From NCBI RefSeq assembly GCF_009914755.1, contig NC_060930.1: 64,000 nt of DNA; one strand, given 5' to 3'. Below the pieces are notes generated by a model that saw only the letters and a list, made by a program, of their open reading frames with translations, had not been told where the DNA came from and ran no database searches. This DNA is from the human T2T-CHM13v2.0 reference genome, Homo sapiens. The translations under genes and the position numbers were made by a program. Below, in pieces: positions 31,124-47,589 of this stretch; position 1 is the stretch's first letter; each line of letters opens with the position of its first letter.

Positions 31124-32599
31124 TCTGGGCACTAGGGATTTAAAGGTGTCTAAAAAGGGCGAACTTTAGCAACATTGAAAGTGAGCTTAATAGTTCTGTT
31201 TTAAAAGTGCTTACTCATTTTCTCATGTAAGCTTTCACTTTCTTAAGTTTTCTTTAACTGTCAGGAAATAAATGAGACAGCATTCTGAGAAGGATCTAGA
31301 GGTGCCACCACGAACATTCTGAAGGAGGCTGATAGAGCGGACAACCCACCAAGTCTGGGAGTTGACTTGACAGCCCTGCCCACGAGAAGCTGGCTAAGAC
31401 AGCACAGTAGAAATGTGGCCTGAAGATTGGGGCACAAACACAGCACAAATCTATCATAACCGAGTCTTAAATTTGCTTTACATGTGAAAACCATATACTC
31501 ACACACCAACAAGAACTCACCCCAGCTGGCCTAAGCTAAGGAATCTACAGTCCTTGGAAAAAGAACAAGTCAGAAGAAAGAACTTCAGGATCCTTCCAGC
31601 TGTTTCCCATGATTTATCATTCTTACAGTGTAGCCGCTTCAAAATACTTTTTTAACTTCATGCTATGAATTCCAAACACATTTAAGGTTAACCTCTGTCT
31701 TTGGTGTGATATAAGACCACTTATGCCACTCTGCTTTTTCTTGGTTGGCTTTTACATTTCCTTTCATGCATGCCCTGTTTTCCAGTAAAGTAACCCTATC
31801 CCAGGGCCTTTGACTAGCTCTACTTTTGAATCAACTAATATTTGCTGTTTCCACGTGGCAGGTGTGACCTTAGGCCAGGTGCTATGAGTTAAACAAAGAT
31901 GAATGAGACTTGGACCCTGCCCTTAAATATTCAAACCAGCTAAGGGTTGGTGGTTAAACTCTGGACTCAGACAGACCTGGGGTGGAATTCCGGCTTCTCT
32001 ACCTACCAGCTTGGGCAAGTTATTTACATTCTTCTAAATTCCCCCCTTTTTTTCCCCCACAACTGGGCATGATATTATCTACCTCATAGGCTTGCCATGA
32101 GGATTAATTAAATAATAAAGTGCAGTGCCACATAGTAAGCAAATAATTTAGCCTTCTCATTATTCCTATTATCATTATTTCCATGGGGAAGAGGATGTTT
32201 GGACTTTTCCTTCTGAACCCTCCCTCCCTTTTTTCATTCAACCTCTTAACTGCACAGAACTCTTCTGTTTTCTTTTAAGAGAAGAGGGAAAGCCATTCTG
32301 ATGAAGATCTGAGATGTGAATATAACCTTGACTGCAGATGGACGGAGACAATAGGAAATTATGTCATACCTCTATTTAATCCACGTTGGTCCTGGTTTCA
32401 TCTTCTCATTTCTGACCTTTGAGAAACATTTGTTGTAGAAAAGGACAAATAACATGATTACGTCGCTGATGATTAGTCTCTAGGCATTCACTCAATAAAT
32501 ATTTATTCTGTAGTTTCTGGGTGCCAGGCCCTGATTCAGTGCTAGAAACAGAGTGGTGGACATGGCAGCCACAGCCTCTAACCTCATGGAACACATAGC

Positions 32600-32620
32600 C
32601 CAGCAGATGGCAAGCACGTG
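32600..32620 (+). promoter_or_regulatory. Candidate CTCF core plus adjacent E-box
   Basis: CCAGCAGATGGCA followed by CACGTG (32615-32620). Motif match only. Confidence 0.35.
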
Positions 32621-34262
32621 CCCAAGGGAAAGAGGAAAGTCCTGGAGGTGAATGTGGGGGAGCTTTGCCTAATCCATCAGGCACACCATGACCTTCTATC
32701 ATAGTGGAAGTCCCATGTGCATGGTGAGTCACCTGTGCATGGTGGCAACTCTTTATTTGCCCAAACTGGAAACTCAGGGTGAAATAAACAGCTGAAAGAT
32801 TGCAGATCTATACAAGGGATTAAATAGTAGAATATTGAAGTCCATTGATATCATCGATTTTAAATTGAAAAAGAATTACAAAAGAATGTGGGTTAAGAGA
32901 TGGTTTAAACCTCTCCAAGCTATTTTACCGCTAGAAATGTTAACACAAAAAAATATAATAATCTGATAATGGAGGATAATCGCTGATATTTCCTGTGCCT
33001 TCCTCCAATCCTCAGGATGACACTGGAAAGTAAACTATGAATTTGGATTCAAAATAATGTGGTATGGTTGGAGAGCATCAACTTCATCAACTGGATACAA
33101 TGGCTGGAGATGCTCTGAATTTTCAGTTAGCAGGGCTCAGCTGGTCTCCATGAAAATGGTAGTTCCATTGGTCACAGTGTCTACAGTGATTTCATGTAAA
33201 AATTGCATCCCATTGCCTAGCCATCTGGCAAGGATCTGATTGCTGTCCCTTGAGATTCAGGAAGTTATGATGGTAAACTCACAGCTGAACATGGCTGGAG
33301 TAGAGATGGGGGACTGAGGCCTGGTATTACACCCATCTTCCAAATGGAATGAGTCCGGTGCTGGGTCAGGTCCCAGTTGACACTCAGAGAGCATGGCAGG
33401 CTGGTCAGCGATGCGACAGCTCACGAGAGTGAAACCGCACCACACAGAAGTAACAGGGACTCTTTGAGCTCATTTCCCTTCCTTCCATTGTGCAAGGAAC
33501 TTGGCAGGCACCGCTGTGTGGGCCACAGTGGACACTCAGCAAAACAGCACGCGTTTGGCTTCTAAAACTCACTCTGCCAGCTCCTGACTTATGAGGGTGG
33601 TGGCAAAAGACCTGCTCTCTCTCAGCTTCTGTATCCATATCCCTAAAATGAGGGGGTTGTGTTGTACGATGCTGAGGAATGTTAGGATCAGATAAGATGA
33701 TGAGAAACTCTGTTCCTCCTCTGTGTTCCCAGACACCTTAACCAGAAACCAGGCAGTCATGGGAGATGCCTCACTCCTTGTTTCTCCCCTCCTATTATTT
33801 CTACCTCCTAAACCCATCCCTTCCTCTTCTTCCCAATTGTCCCCCCTTATGTCAGGCTGTCCTGTTGTCTCACCTGGATAAACAGATTCCCAGTGTCTCA
33901 CTTCACCCTCCTTTCCTGCGTCTGCCCCATTCACTCGCACTGTCTCCTCATGCCACCATGAAATAGTGAGAATGCATTCTGTCTTTTCTCTCTGCATCAC
34001 CAGTGTCAAGCACAGTCATATGGAATAAGCTCCCCTCAAAATGTTTGATGGATGAATAACTAGGTAGAGGGATGAATTAATTAAACCTTCTGTGCAAGTA
34101 CCATTTTTATAAGATAGTGTCTGAATGTGAGCTGCTATTCTCTGCAGTTCAATAAGCATAAATATTTGTTATAGATTTGGCACTGTGCTAGGTACTGGAG
34201 ATGTGAAGATGAGTTAGATACAGTTCCTGACATTCGATTACCACCCAGTGAGCAAGACGGGC

Positions 34263-34688
34263 TGTATTAGTTAGGGTTCTCTAGAGAAACAGAGCCAACA
34301 GGATAGACAGATTGATAGGTAGATAGGGATTTATTTTAAGGAATTTTCTTGTGCAATTTTGGGGGAAGGCAAGTCAAAATTTGCGGAGATCAGCAGGCTA
34401 GAGACTCAGAGAAGAACTGATGTTGCAGTTCTAGTCTGAAGACAGACCGGAGGCAGAGGTCCCCCCTCCTTAGGGGACCTCAGATTTTTTTCTTTTTTTC
34501 TTTTTAAGGCCTTCAACTGATTAGCTGAAACCCACCATCATTATGGAGACTAATCTGCTTTGCTTAGTCTGCTGATTGAACTATTAGTCATATCTAAAAA
34601 ATACCTTCACAGCCATTTCTAGACTGCTATTGGCCTAACATCTGAGCACCATAGCCTAGCCAAGTTGACACACAAAAACTGTCACACA
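34263..34688 (-). mobile_element. MLT2 (C/D-like) solo LTR
   Basis: tgtattagttagggttctctagagaaacaga...aggccttcaactgatt...ctagccaagttgacaca, an antisense MLT2 pattern. Confidence 0.85.
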
Positions 34689-37600
34689 GATGATGATAAC
34701 ACAATGCCTGCTATTGCATTTCTGCAAAGTAAACTAGATCTTTCTTTTATGAGAAGTTCTCTATACACTTTGGCATTCCAAAGCTAACATTTGTGAACTG
34801 CTTTCTCTGTAAATGCCATGCACTCTACAGGGTGCATTCATAAGCATGGCTTCCATCCCTACAACAATCTGTGATGTGGGTATTGTTCTTGCCTTTTACA
34901 AGTGAAAGAGGTCCAAGTAACATGCATGAGGTTCCACTGCTGATAGTGTAGTGGAGCTGAGATTTGAGTCCAAGCCTCTGCACTACTCCAAGTTCAATAA
35001 TCTTTGCTGTACATCATGATACTTTAAACAAACATATTTAGCTTGAAGCTTAGCTTTTCCTAAAAGAAGCACTTCTTTAGCCAGGAATACTGTAGTATCA
35101 CTAGATTTTGTAACAGGAATCATTTTCCCCCCCACCAAGCCCCACCACACACATACACACAAGGATGTGAATCAGTGCTCCCAGCTCATTTCCTATTGGC
35201 TATGAAGCTGGGAGAGGACCATGATTGGCCACAATCTTATTGGGTCATATTGATTCAATAAGATGAAAAGGGAGCTTCCTAAATATCACTATTATGACTG
35301 AGTTTTTGTCACACACACTAAAAAATCTTCTCCTTAACTCCAAGCCAGACACAGACCACATAGCCGCTAGTCTTTCTCAATAGACAAGACAGAATTGTTG
35401 GCACTAGGTTTACCTGTTAACTATCTGCTCAATATATAAAGAATATTCTTCTTTAAACTTGCCAAAATTAAATAGGAAATGAACTGCAAATGAAAAATAC
35501 ATTGTCTCGGGAGCTCTAACTTTTAACAGGAAAGCAAAGACACATGATATGAATACATGAATACAGTAATTATTTATTAATAGCCTACTAGGCGCCAAAC
35601 AATGCTGGCCTTCCAAGGAAACAAAATGAGTAGAAATAATCTCATACCTCAAGGATGCACGGAATGGGGAAAAAGAGAAGAAGTGATATTTATTGAGTGG
35701 CTTTCATATGGCAGTTATTTTATCTCATTTAATCCTAACAATCCCATGAGATAGATAGCATCATCCCTTTATACAGATGGGGAAATTTAGTCTTTGCGAA
35801 ATGGAGTGACTTGCCTGAGATCACACAACTGGTAAATACTGATAACTTAAACCAGATCTCTCTCTAAATCCAGAGCTCATGAACCTTCCACTGATCACAC
35901 TGCAGAGAAGATAAAACAAATATATAAACCACTATAGCTAGCATGGACATATAACACCAAGAAGGGGTCAAGTAAAGTTTGAGGAATCTGGAGATGCTAT
36001 TGGAAATGGTCTTTAGAAAGAACAGATGGTATTTTTCAGGCAGAGATGAGAAAGAGCATTTCAAAGGAGAGGAAAGAGCTGGAGCGAGACTTGGAGGGAG
36101 AAGTAGAAGGGGTTTGGAGGATAAGAGTTGGAAAAGCTTTATTGGCATTTTAAAAGCAGGATGATCCTCCTAGAAGGGGTAACTAATATAGATTAGAGTA
36201 GAGCAGATTGGAAGATAAGGAGACTGGGTGGGAGATCCTTGCAAGTGTCTTAGAGAGCACCTGCAGGAATGGAAGGAAAGACAGATTTGAGAGAGATCAC
36301 AGAAGAGGATTGTAGGTGATCCTGAACTGAATGATGGACCAATGAGTTCAGACTGATGCAGAAGAATGAAACCAAATGCATTGGCGGAGTAGGTGACCAG
36401 ATAAAAGTCATGCAGTAGAGGTCTCAGTTAAGATGAAATGCAAAGCAGAAAGAGGGAAGGAGGGAGCCAGAAAAGGAAGGGATTTCCGAATGTGCCGTCC
36501 TGAAAGTGGAGTCGATCTGAGTTGTGACCAAGCATAAGGTGTGGCCTCCTGGGGAGTGGCTGAGACAGAGCTCATCCAAATGGAAGACACCAGAAGATTA
36601 CGAATCTGGAAGTCACCAGGAAATCTGGCGGTGAATTATATGGAAAGGATGTCAGGGCCGCAGAGACTGAAACCATGAAAGAATGTGAGAAAAAAGTCTT
36701 CAGAATTAGAAGTAACTGGGCAGAGAAGGGCAGAAAGTCAAAAGTTTACATCAAATCAGAAAAAATAAGTTGTCTACAAAATGGATGATGCATTATCCTG
36801 CAATCATAGTGAGGATTTCCATTGGAAAAATTAATAATAATAGTTAGAGTCTCACTTCTCCCTTCTTAGGGGAAAATGACATATTAGGCATATTCATATA
36901 GGGTATTGCATTTTTCATATTTGCTAGCAAGGAATGTCAAGAGAGGCAACTGGTGCTATCAGATAACATTGAAATGCCTCACCCTCACATTTCCTCACCT
37001 GTCCTGTGACCCACCTAGCCTGCATAAACCCAGTGAAGAGAGAAGGATCAAAGTTGAGCAAATTCTCTTCCATTTTTGTTGAGTCAATCACTTAACTATC
37101 ACAGGAACAGGCAGGCATGTTTAAGGACACCCTGCCCATCTGTATCTCTTGTGCTGTCAAGATGAACGGGCAAAGTGTTAGTTCATGTAATGTGCAAGAA
37201 GACATGCAGCCCGGGTGAATAACTTCTGATCAGCATGTAGTATAAGAGAAAAGTCTGTCCAGCATGGCACTGAGCTGCATTCCAGCCCCATGACATGGCA
37301 TCAGATTTGGCAACTGGGTCAGCAATTGTGCTCCAGTTGTTGCTTCTATTATCTACAGGGTTTTGCAAGCCTGGAACTTCCACCCACCGAAAGCAGACTG
37401 CTGGAGCTTATCTGGCGTTTGTTAGTGCAGAGCTCATTGTGTTGTCATGCATTGTCTAGTTTAGGCTTGATTCCACTGTCACATAATCCAAGGGAAAATG
37501 AAGAGCTCTGTGGACTGATCTCCATTTAATTTCAATTTTTCTATTGTTAGTGCTCTGCCTGCTAGGGAATTCCAGAAAGTGTTGCTTCATAATTACAAGG

Positions 37601-37753
37601 TAGGTCATAGCAAAGAAATGAATGGTGTAGCTGTCAGTCATAAGGGAAGTCTGGGGAAAACAGCCCTGGTTGCTGGCAACTGACTAGATGCGTTTGCTTT
37701 GTGCTGACATTAAAATCTCATTTGGAAGCAACGTGGGAGGTCAGTGAGTCTAA

Positions 37754-38080
<327 letters not shown>

Positions 38081-38784
38081 CTGGAATATGGTCTTTTGGG
38101 CTGAGAGACCTGGCTACCTCATAATACATACAGTTGTATTACCAAGATGGCCTTGCATTTTCTCCCCATTGGGTTTAGTTTTCATAACTATATTAAGAGC
38201 TAATATTTAGTGAGTGCCCACTATGTGCCGTGCACTGTGCTAGTTCTTTAAATACATTATCTCAAATAGTCCTCACAATAAACCAGTAAGGTAGGCACTT
38301 TTATTTCCATTTTTCCAGATGGGATAGAGTCAAGCCCCATGGAGTCAGGATTTGAACACACATCTGCAGGTCTGGAGGATGATAGAACCTATCTTGTCTT
38401 TACTCACATTCCATGCTGGTCCCCAGGGCCCCAGTGCTGTACATTCCACAATGCAATCAAGATTCATTTGGAATTCTCTGAAGTGCTCCAGCAGGCCTTG
38501 TGCAACTCGAAGGTTCTGTCAACTCCTGTCTGGGGCTGACATAAATCTACAGCTTCTTTCACAATAATACTAGTAATAACAACAGTGACAGGTTTTTCAG
38601 TAATTTGCATATGTATTCTTTTATTTTATCCTTACAAAAGTCTTATAAAATGGGTAGAACAAATAGTTTACAGTTCAGTTTGCAAATAAGAAACCAAGAC
38701 TCAGGTAAGTAATTTAAATTCTCTAACTCACAGCTAGTAAACTGTGGAATCCAGGAATCAAACCCACATCTTCTAAGCTCAAAG

Positions 38785-38965
38785 CCAGCGGGTCTCAGAG
38801 TGTGGCAACTGAACCAGTAGCATCCAGGAATTTGTTTTAAATAAACATTCTCAGGGCCCAGTGCAGACCTAATAAATCTGAAATTCTGGGGGTGAGTCCA
38901 GCCATCCGTGTTGGAACAAGCCCTCCAGGTGACAGTGGTGCACGCTCAAGCTTGGTCTAGGCCAG
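38785..38965. mobile_element. MER5A remnant
   Basis: gtctcagagtgtgg...attctcagggccc...aacaagccctccaggtga...gcacgctcaag. Confidence 0.7.
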
Positions 38966-39260
38966 TGCTTCTTCCATTGCCTGGTGCGGCGTTCACTCCA
39001 CCACCTCTAGTTCTGACCCTCTGCAATGAATGAAAAGAGAAAAAAGTGAACTGGTCTAACAGAATCTTTTGTATCTGAAGTGCAATTTCATCAGTGACTT
39101 CTTAAGATTATGCCTGAGGTTTTTGGTGTTGAGAAAAAAAAGACATCTCAGCCCTAATAGAGGAGGTTAATAAAGCCCATTGAACTTCATTTATTTTCTC
39201 ACAGGGAACGCAAGGGTGACAATTCTCCAAAATAGGGATTGCATTTTTTCCTACTTATAA

Positions 39261-39671
<411 letters not shown>

Positions 39672-41257
39672 TAACATTAAATAAAGAAAATATTTTCCAA
39701 TGAACTGTTTATTAAAAATTAGCAATATTTATCTAAATATTAATCTCAGATAAGCATTTAATGACTAATGGAAACTGGGGGTGGGGGACCCAAGCAAATA
39801 GCCATCAAAATCAGTAGAAATAACACTTATTTAAAATAAATATTCATTAGGGAGAAAGTGCTGCACAGAACATAGGAACGTTGTCTTTAAAGTCAAATGG
39901 CCCTGGGATCCAGCACGGCTCTGCCATTTACTTGCTACCTGTGGGACTCAGAGCAAGTCATCTATCTACCCTCATCTGGACTTTATGCATCTGAAAAATG
40001 GAATCATAACTGAACCCACTCAAAGAGTTGTCCTGAGAATTAAATGAGCTCACATATGAAAAATACTTAAAACACAGTGACCTCTGCATAGTAAGGACTC
40101 AAAGACTGTTAGCAATTATTTTTGTGTTTTAAGTGACAAATATGTGCCATGTGCATAGTAGATCAGATGCCAGGGACAGAACAATGAATAGCATGTGAAA
40201 CTTGCCCTCTGATCCTTCAAGGCTCACTCTTTCACTCTATTTTACAAAGTCTGTTTCTGTTTTGGTTTATTTTTAATGTAGCACTTGGAACATATCCCGA
40301 ATTTACATATAACCTGGCAGGGCTGCGCTGGCTACCAGTAAGATTTCTTTTATGAGTACTTAAGATACCATCAATGATAAGACACATTATTTCAGGTACT
40401 GTTCAAAAAGAAAAAAAAAACACTGCTAATCATAATTATAAGATGTCATTGATTGTGAAATACTCCCTAATTTCAATTCAAGAAGCAGTAGAAAAAAATT
40501 TTTGTTTTAGAATTCATGCAATGTAGTATTTTCATTTCCCATCACTGCCTAGAACCCACAAAGAAACACTCTGCCTGGGCCATGTGTATATCTGTGTTAA
40601 GGGATGGAATGGGAAGTGGCTCACAAAAAGGATATTTCATAATAGATCGGAACTGGCTTTGAAGAAACTTTCTGAGTCAGAAAACAAATAAAACATCAAT
40701 GGCAGATATCCTGCATCAAGAGGACAGTATGCTTCTGGAGCTGCCGGTACACTCTATAAAAATGACTGCAGTCAGGTCCAGTAAAAGTCCACTTATTTGG
40801 CTTCTACTCTTTGCCATTCATTGTTAGGTGGAGGGCTACCAGCAAAATCACATCTATTCTCTCTAGATATTCACATACTGGTAGGAGAGGTAGACAAACA
40901 GAATGCAGAGGACGGTTTCAATGTAGAAATATGCAAAGTCTAGAAATAGTACAAGAAAAATGAGGCATTAGGGGAGGAGAGGGAGTAAGAAGTGTGGCTA
41001 AAGAAGGCTCCTTGAGAAGGCAACGCCTGAGCAGTTTTGAAAGATAACTAAGAGCTGAACAAGCATTTGGGGAAAGCAACAACACTAAAAAAAATTGTAG
41101 GTGTTATGTCTATTTCAGCTAATGTTGTTTTTCCACAACTGTAGATTGGATGCCCTACCTCGGCTAATCAGGAGAGAGCTTGTGAAACAGCTGTACAAAT
41201 ATCTTTCTGCCAGAACCAGTGAATCTGGAAGCTCATATGAAGTCACTCATTATTATG

Positions 41258-41292
41258 ACACACACACACACACACATACACACACACACACA
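41258..41292. repeat. (CA)n microsatellite
   Basis: acacacac run with one interruption. Confidence 0.9.
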
Positions 41293-41523
41293 GACACAAA
41301 ACAAAATGAAAAAGAACCTGGCACAGACTTGGTACTTTTTGTTTTCATAGCTTTAAACAAACAAACAAACAAACAAAAAACAGGGCATTAGGATTGAGAC
41401 TTAATGAAAAGTTGAGATATCACATTTCTTTTCAATTCTTCATATTGGACTCCGCAAGAGAAATAAAGGGGCGGGGAACACATTGTAATAAGAAATAACA
41501 TGCATCATGAAATTGTTAAACAA

Positions 41524-41924
<401 letters not shown>

Positions 41925-42108
41925 TTAAGACAATACAAATAAATCAAATCAGGGGGATGGAGGAGCATGTGTGATTCTTCTCAAAGGAGGGGTTTTGCAA
42001 GGAATGGTCTATATTAGCTTGTAAAGTATGTACAAAATCCATTTTTCTCTGGGCACTTGTCCAATTCTGTCTCTTTTCCACTTTCAGTCAATGCTGATGG
42101 TGTGGTAA

Positions 42109-42446
<338 letters not shown>

Positions 42447-45400
42447 GACACTTCTAAACTTAGCAATCCATTTCCTTGACCCTATCAGTTTGTTGTCACT
42501 TCCAACCTAGGGCCCCTCAAATGGCAGAAGTAAGTTGAACACAAATTTAGTGATGTTCCTTCCTTGTTTCATTTTATAGCTGCCATTCATCAAATTGCCT
42601 TCTTCCTACATCTGCTACCTACTATACAACCTCATTGACACTCTAAACAACACACCAGATAAAACCAGTTTGTTCACAGATCATATGCCAAGGCAACCAT
42701 ATACCAGGCAATTCAATTTTGGACTTTCTGGAATTTCAGGGAGAATTTATCCACAAAGAGCATATGCAGAACCCAGGTTCCCTCTGAAAAAAATTCTGAA
42801 TTAGTTGCAAAATTCCCATGACACATCATAATTAGGGAGAGATGGACAAGAAGATAAGAGTATGGCTCCAATCAAGGAGACTTCATCGCATATAAATATT
42901 TGCATGGCAATCATGAGATCATGCATGCAAACAGCTAGCCCAGGGCCTGCTATATAAAACCATCAAAAGCTTAGTTTACCCCGTGTGGGGCTATCTCAAA
43001 GGCATCCCACCCTAATCTGAGGTAACAAGTATTCTGGAAGAATCCAAAGCTGTGGAAGAGGAGAAACACAGAGGAAAGAGAAAGTTGTTTGATTTGTGTT
43101 GGTTTGTTTTTTATCCGAACCTGTTTCAGCATTCTTACAGGGAAAAGCCAAGCCTTACCATCTTCCTCATTATTAAACAAGCTTAGAAAGCCTGCAAAAT
43201 CTTATTTTTTAGCAGACGTTGGTAGCATATACTGTGTATCAATGGAACTGAATGCTCAAGTTAGAGCATAAATAATTTTTGTACATAATTTATATGTTTC
43301 TGTAAAGCAAAAGGAATTATGTTTGCATCAGAAGCTTTTCTCACGTTATTGCCAAACTCCCTCTTTTTTCTGTCTGATGTAAGGTCACGCTGTTGCACAA
43401 TTGGGAACACTGGGGTAATAACGGGAGACAGAAAGGACAGGGAACTGTGCATTTCAGTTTGTTCAAATACATTGGTAACTCATCTCTGTCTCCTCCACAC
43501 TTCCTCCTGGCTCTATGGGTCATGGTAGAGGAACAATTACGTGGAAGAAATCAAATATGAATGACTGCTTTCCCCCTCCAGCTCTCTTCCCTACTTCCTC
43601 CTTGTGATGGGTTTATCACTTTTCCCTCCAGGGTTGTAAATAAAGGCTTCTGGGGTTCTCACGGCTGGAGAGAGAAGTAGTCCCCTCCTATCAGCCCTTA
43701 CAAACTGTTTTTCAGCAAATCGTGATGAGAACATCATTGTGATATACAGTATCTAATTAATTTCTAACTAATATTAATATTTTGGCCCGGCGCAGTGGCT
43801 TGCACCTGTAATCTCAGCACTTTGAAAGGCCGAGGCACCACTTCACCTATTCTATTTGTTTTCTATAACAAAAATTAAGCCCAGAGCACTTAAATGCTTC
43901 ATTCAAAAACCACCCACAAGATAGTGGTGGAGGTACATATTGAGGTAAGAATCTTTCTACCACATCATGATACTCCTGAGTCAACCCCACGGATATGCTA
44001 TATTGAGTCATGAAAATGTGACAATATATTTGGGAAAATAGTCTGAGGATCTTATCCAATATAAATACAATTTGCCAACATTTTCACTTATATTCTAAAG
44101 CAACATGCTCACAACTAACAATTATGTCTTCATTTTATGCTTTTGTAATAAGGTAGTCTGTCTAGTCTACCTTACTACTAACTCTGGTGTTACCCTTTGT
44201 TGTCTAAAAAAGTACCTAGGTTTGACTCATGGCAATGTCTCTTCTCTGGATCTGTTCCTCTGGCTATGCCTCAGTTAATACAATGTCTTCCTAATGCAGT
44301 TTCAATGGCCAACAAAAGAGATGCTTGAGCACTAAGAAGAATCCTTTCCAGTCCAATGAGAAACAAAAGTTCCCGTGAATTCCCTTTGATAGTTACACGT
44401 TCAATATTCACTCATTCATTCACTTACGAATTTCTTCTGAAGTCCCAGGCGCTGGATTAAGTGCTGCAGAGGCCAATGCCTAATAAGATACTGTCCCTGG
44501 ACTCATGGAGTCCATAATCTCATGAGGACAAAATGTGTAAACCCTGCACTGTGGATATGGCCAGAGAAAGCAGTAAATAATCGAGGTGCTTTGGGGCGTG
44601 GAGAGGAAGGAGCCATGCCTGGGGAGGATGGGAAACAGCCTTATCTAAATATGCCAAATCCAAGCAGTCAAGACACCTAGGTTCTAAAATCTTTATAAGA
44701 ACAATCTCATTTCCTTTGATGCAGAAGACACAGCCCAGCTGTGATCTAGTATCTGGGCATTCTGATCAAGGAGCAAAAGGTCAGGAGTCATTGCCTGATC
44801 ACCAAACAGAACAGAAGGGTGGATCTCAGGACCTGGAGAGTGGGGATAGATGGTCAGAATTAGAGAGAATGGACCACAGAAAATCTATTTGAAAAGCAAG
44901 CCAGCCATCTGTAAGCCTCTTGAGAGAGAGTCAAACCACACAGTTTTGAAAACAAATTCTCAGCTGCTTGAGCAGGCAGGTGGATCAGCCTGGGCTAACT
45001 CTGGGAGATCTAATCAGTTGCAGGTGCATTTTGGGTGTTTTAAGAGCATGTTAGTCATAGGGGTAAACTGTCACTTTGCACAGTTGAGGTTGAGGCATAG
45101 AACTAGTACTTTCTCTTTACTGGAGTTGCTGCCGCCCCTGAGCCAGTGTGAGCTCCCAGCCACGCATGGGCCTGGGAGATGTCCAAATCGAATCGCTGTT
45201 TTGCCTAAATCTCAGAGCTCTCCAACAACACTAGTTACCTCTCAGGGCTAGGACAAGGATGAGGCAAGAGAGGCAGCGAGACTAAGATATAACTCAGTTT
45301 CCCACTCTGCACCGCCTTGAGCAAGACCAAGTTCTTCTTTAGATCCTGACTCTTTCTCCAGAATGGCTTTCCAATTCTAGGAGGAGGAAGGGCTTCAACG

Positions 45401-45504
45401 ATTCTATGGCAGGCAGCACTTACTATTAAAGAGAAATGTGGAACAGGGAGGAGCCTGGTCGATTTCCCAAGGACCTCTGACCAAAAATTCCTGTTGAATT
45501 TTTA

Positions 45505-45765
45505 CAAAGAGATGTTGGTCAGAGGATACAAAATTTCAGTTAGATAGGAGAAATGTTCAAGAGACCTATTGTGCAACTGATGACTATAGTCAATAACAAT
45601 AGGTTGTGTTATTGAAAATTAGGAGAGTAGATTCTAAGTGTTCTCTCCACACACACACGTGAGGTAATGCATGTGTTAATTAGCTCGATTTAGTCATTCC
45701 ACAATGTATGCATATTTCAAAACATGTTGCACATGATAAATATATATAATTTTTGTCACTTAAAA
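45505..45765 (+). mobile_element. Old L1 (L1MA-type) 3' end
   Basis: ggatacaaaatttcagttagatagga...gtgaggtaatgcatgtgttaattagctcgatttagtcattccacaatgtat. Confidence 0.8.
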
Positions 45766-47589
45766 AACTAGTTTAGAAAAATTTCTATTGGCAGAGTCTC
45801 AAAAGCAATGGTACTCATAGTGCCCAATCTCAGATTACTAATGGGGTTTTTTTTGTGATTTATTTTTTTAAAGAAAATAATCTCCTGTCTCCTTCCATGT
45901 GTCTCCTTCACTTCTCCCAGTCAAAAATGCATTTCTCAGTATCTCCCTTCTCTGCTCATTGAAAACAGATTCAAAATATAAGCCCCTGAGAAAAAATTTC
46001 TTATGTAAGGCATATTTTTAATTCTGTTGTGGCTTAACCTTTGGTTATAACACCAGAGCCCTGCTAAGAACTATCAGATCTAATGTTTAAACACTATTTT
46101 AAGACTAATACATATTTATTACAATGTCCCCTGGGTTTCTCTTCTGAATGAGAGTTTAAGCCAACAATCATTTTTACAAACAGAGCAATAACCACAAAAT
46201 ACTCAACAAATTAAATACATGGCTTAACTATCTAATCTGGAGAGAACACATAAACATTACTATTTAGATAATATATCTTATTTTTTTATTATCCAATTTG
46301 CCTCAACTTCATTGTTTTCCTTTTTAAAAAATAAGGCTAGTATTATCATAAACTGGTATCCATGGTTTCCTTTTCATTAAGTTCTCTTTTTCTCATTGTC
46401 TTCACTCATCTTAAAAAAAAATCCGATTTGGGAAAGAGGAAGAAAATAAGGGGAAAAATGATTTACAAGGCAGGAGCGAGACATTTCCTCTACATGACAC
46501 CATGGCTCCAAAAGCATTGGGCAGATTTTCTACAAAGGATAAGGAAAGAACTAAACATGTTCTATTTCAAAATATTACAGACTGATTATTGGATGCAAGA
46601 TGGATTGCACCTCAGAAAGAGCACATCCTTTCGTCAACGCATACTGGCCATAGAGTCTCATAAAACATTTTCAAATAGCTGAGGGCAAGCCCGGAGATGA
46701 GAAGTCCCTTCATGCTGGGTTTCCAGGCAGAGGTCACTTTGCCAGTGAGCTTGTATGCTGCTCAGCTGACGCAGGAGTTAAGTAAAAGCCTCCAGCAGCA
46801 CAGAAATGTGGGTCTTTCCCTCAGTGATTCATCACTATCAGCAATCAGACAAACTGTCTCATAAGGTCTGAGCATAAATTACTTCATCTCCACCAATTTA
46901 GGTTTAAAGATCATTAAACTCTGAATGCACTTGGAAAACACCTTGTTCATTTGTTACTTACTATTAACTCTAGAATATTTTATATGGTTGACCACAAGAA
47001 GACAGTGATGATAAAATACTGCAATTACCCAACCATAACTTTAAGAGAAATCCTCTCATGTTCAGAACTCGGTATAATTCATTAATAATATCCATCAATA
47101 TCTATGAATATAAGAAAACAGAGGCACTTACCCAAATGAGTAATTTTTTTAAAAGCCACCATCTACAATATCGTATTTCATTGAATCCTCACAAAAATTT
47201 TGTGATATATGGCTGAGACTTTAAACCCATTTTGGGATAAGAAACTGAGATCCAGAAGGGTTAGGGCACTTGCTTAACGGTACACCACTTGTTAGTAGCA
47301 GAGCTGGGATTTGCACCAGGGTTGTTCCAAATTCTAGTCCAGTTTCTTCCTAATATACTAGGCTGTTTAACTCAGATGATGGCCAGGCTTACTAAGACCA
47401 TTATGCTCAAAAATTTTAAATAAATATAAGAATCTAGGTAACAGACAAGTTCTTCCTGTGCAGTTGGAAAAGTAACTTCGTCTTAGAAGCACTTATCCTT
47501 TTGAAAAGATGACCTTGTGAATTACGTCAATGTTGCGTCAATTGTGTAGGACTCATGGTCAGTAGGAGAGAAAACTGATATGTGAACAA

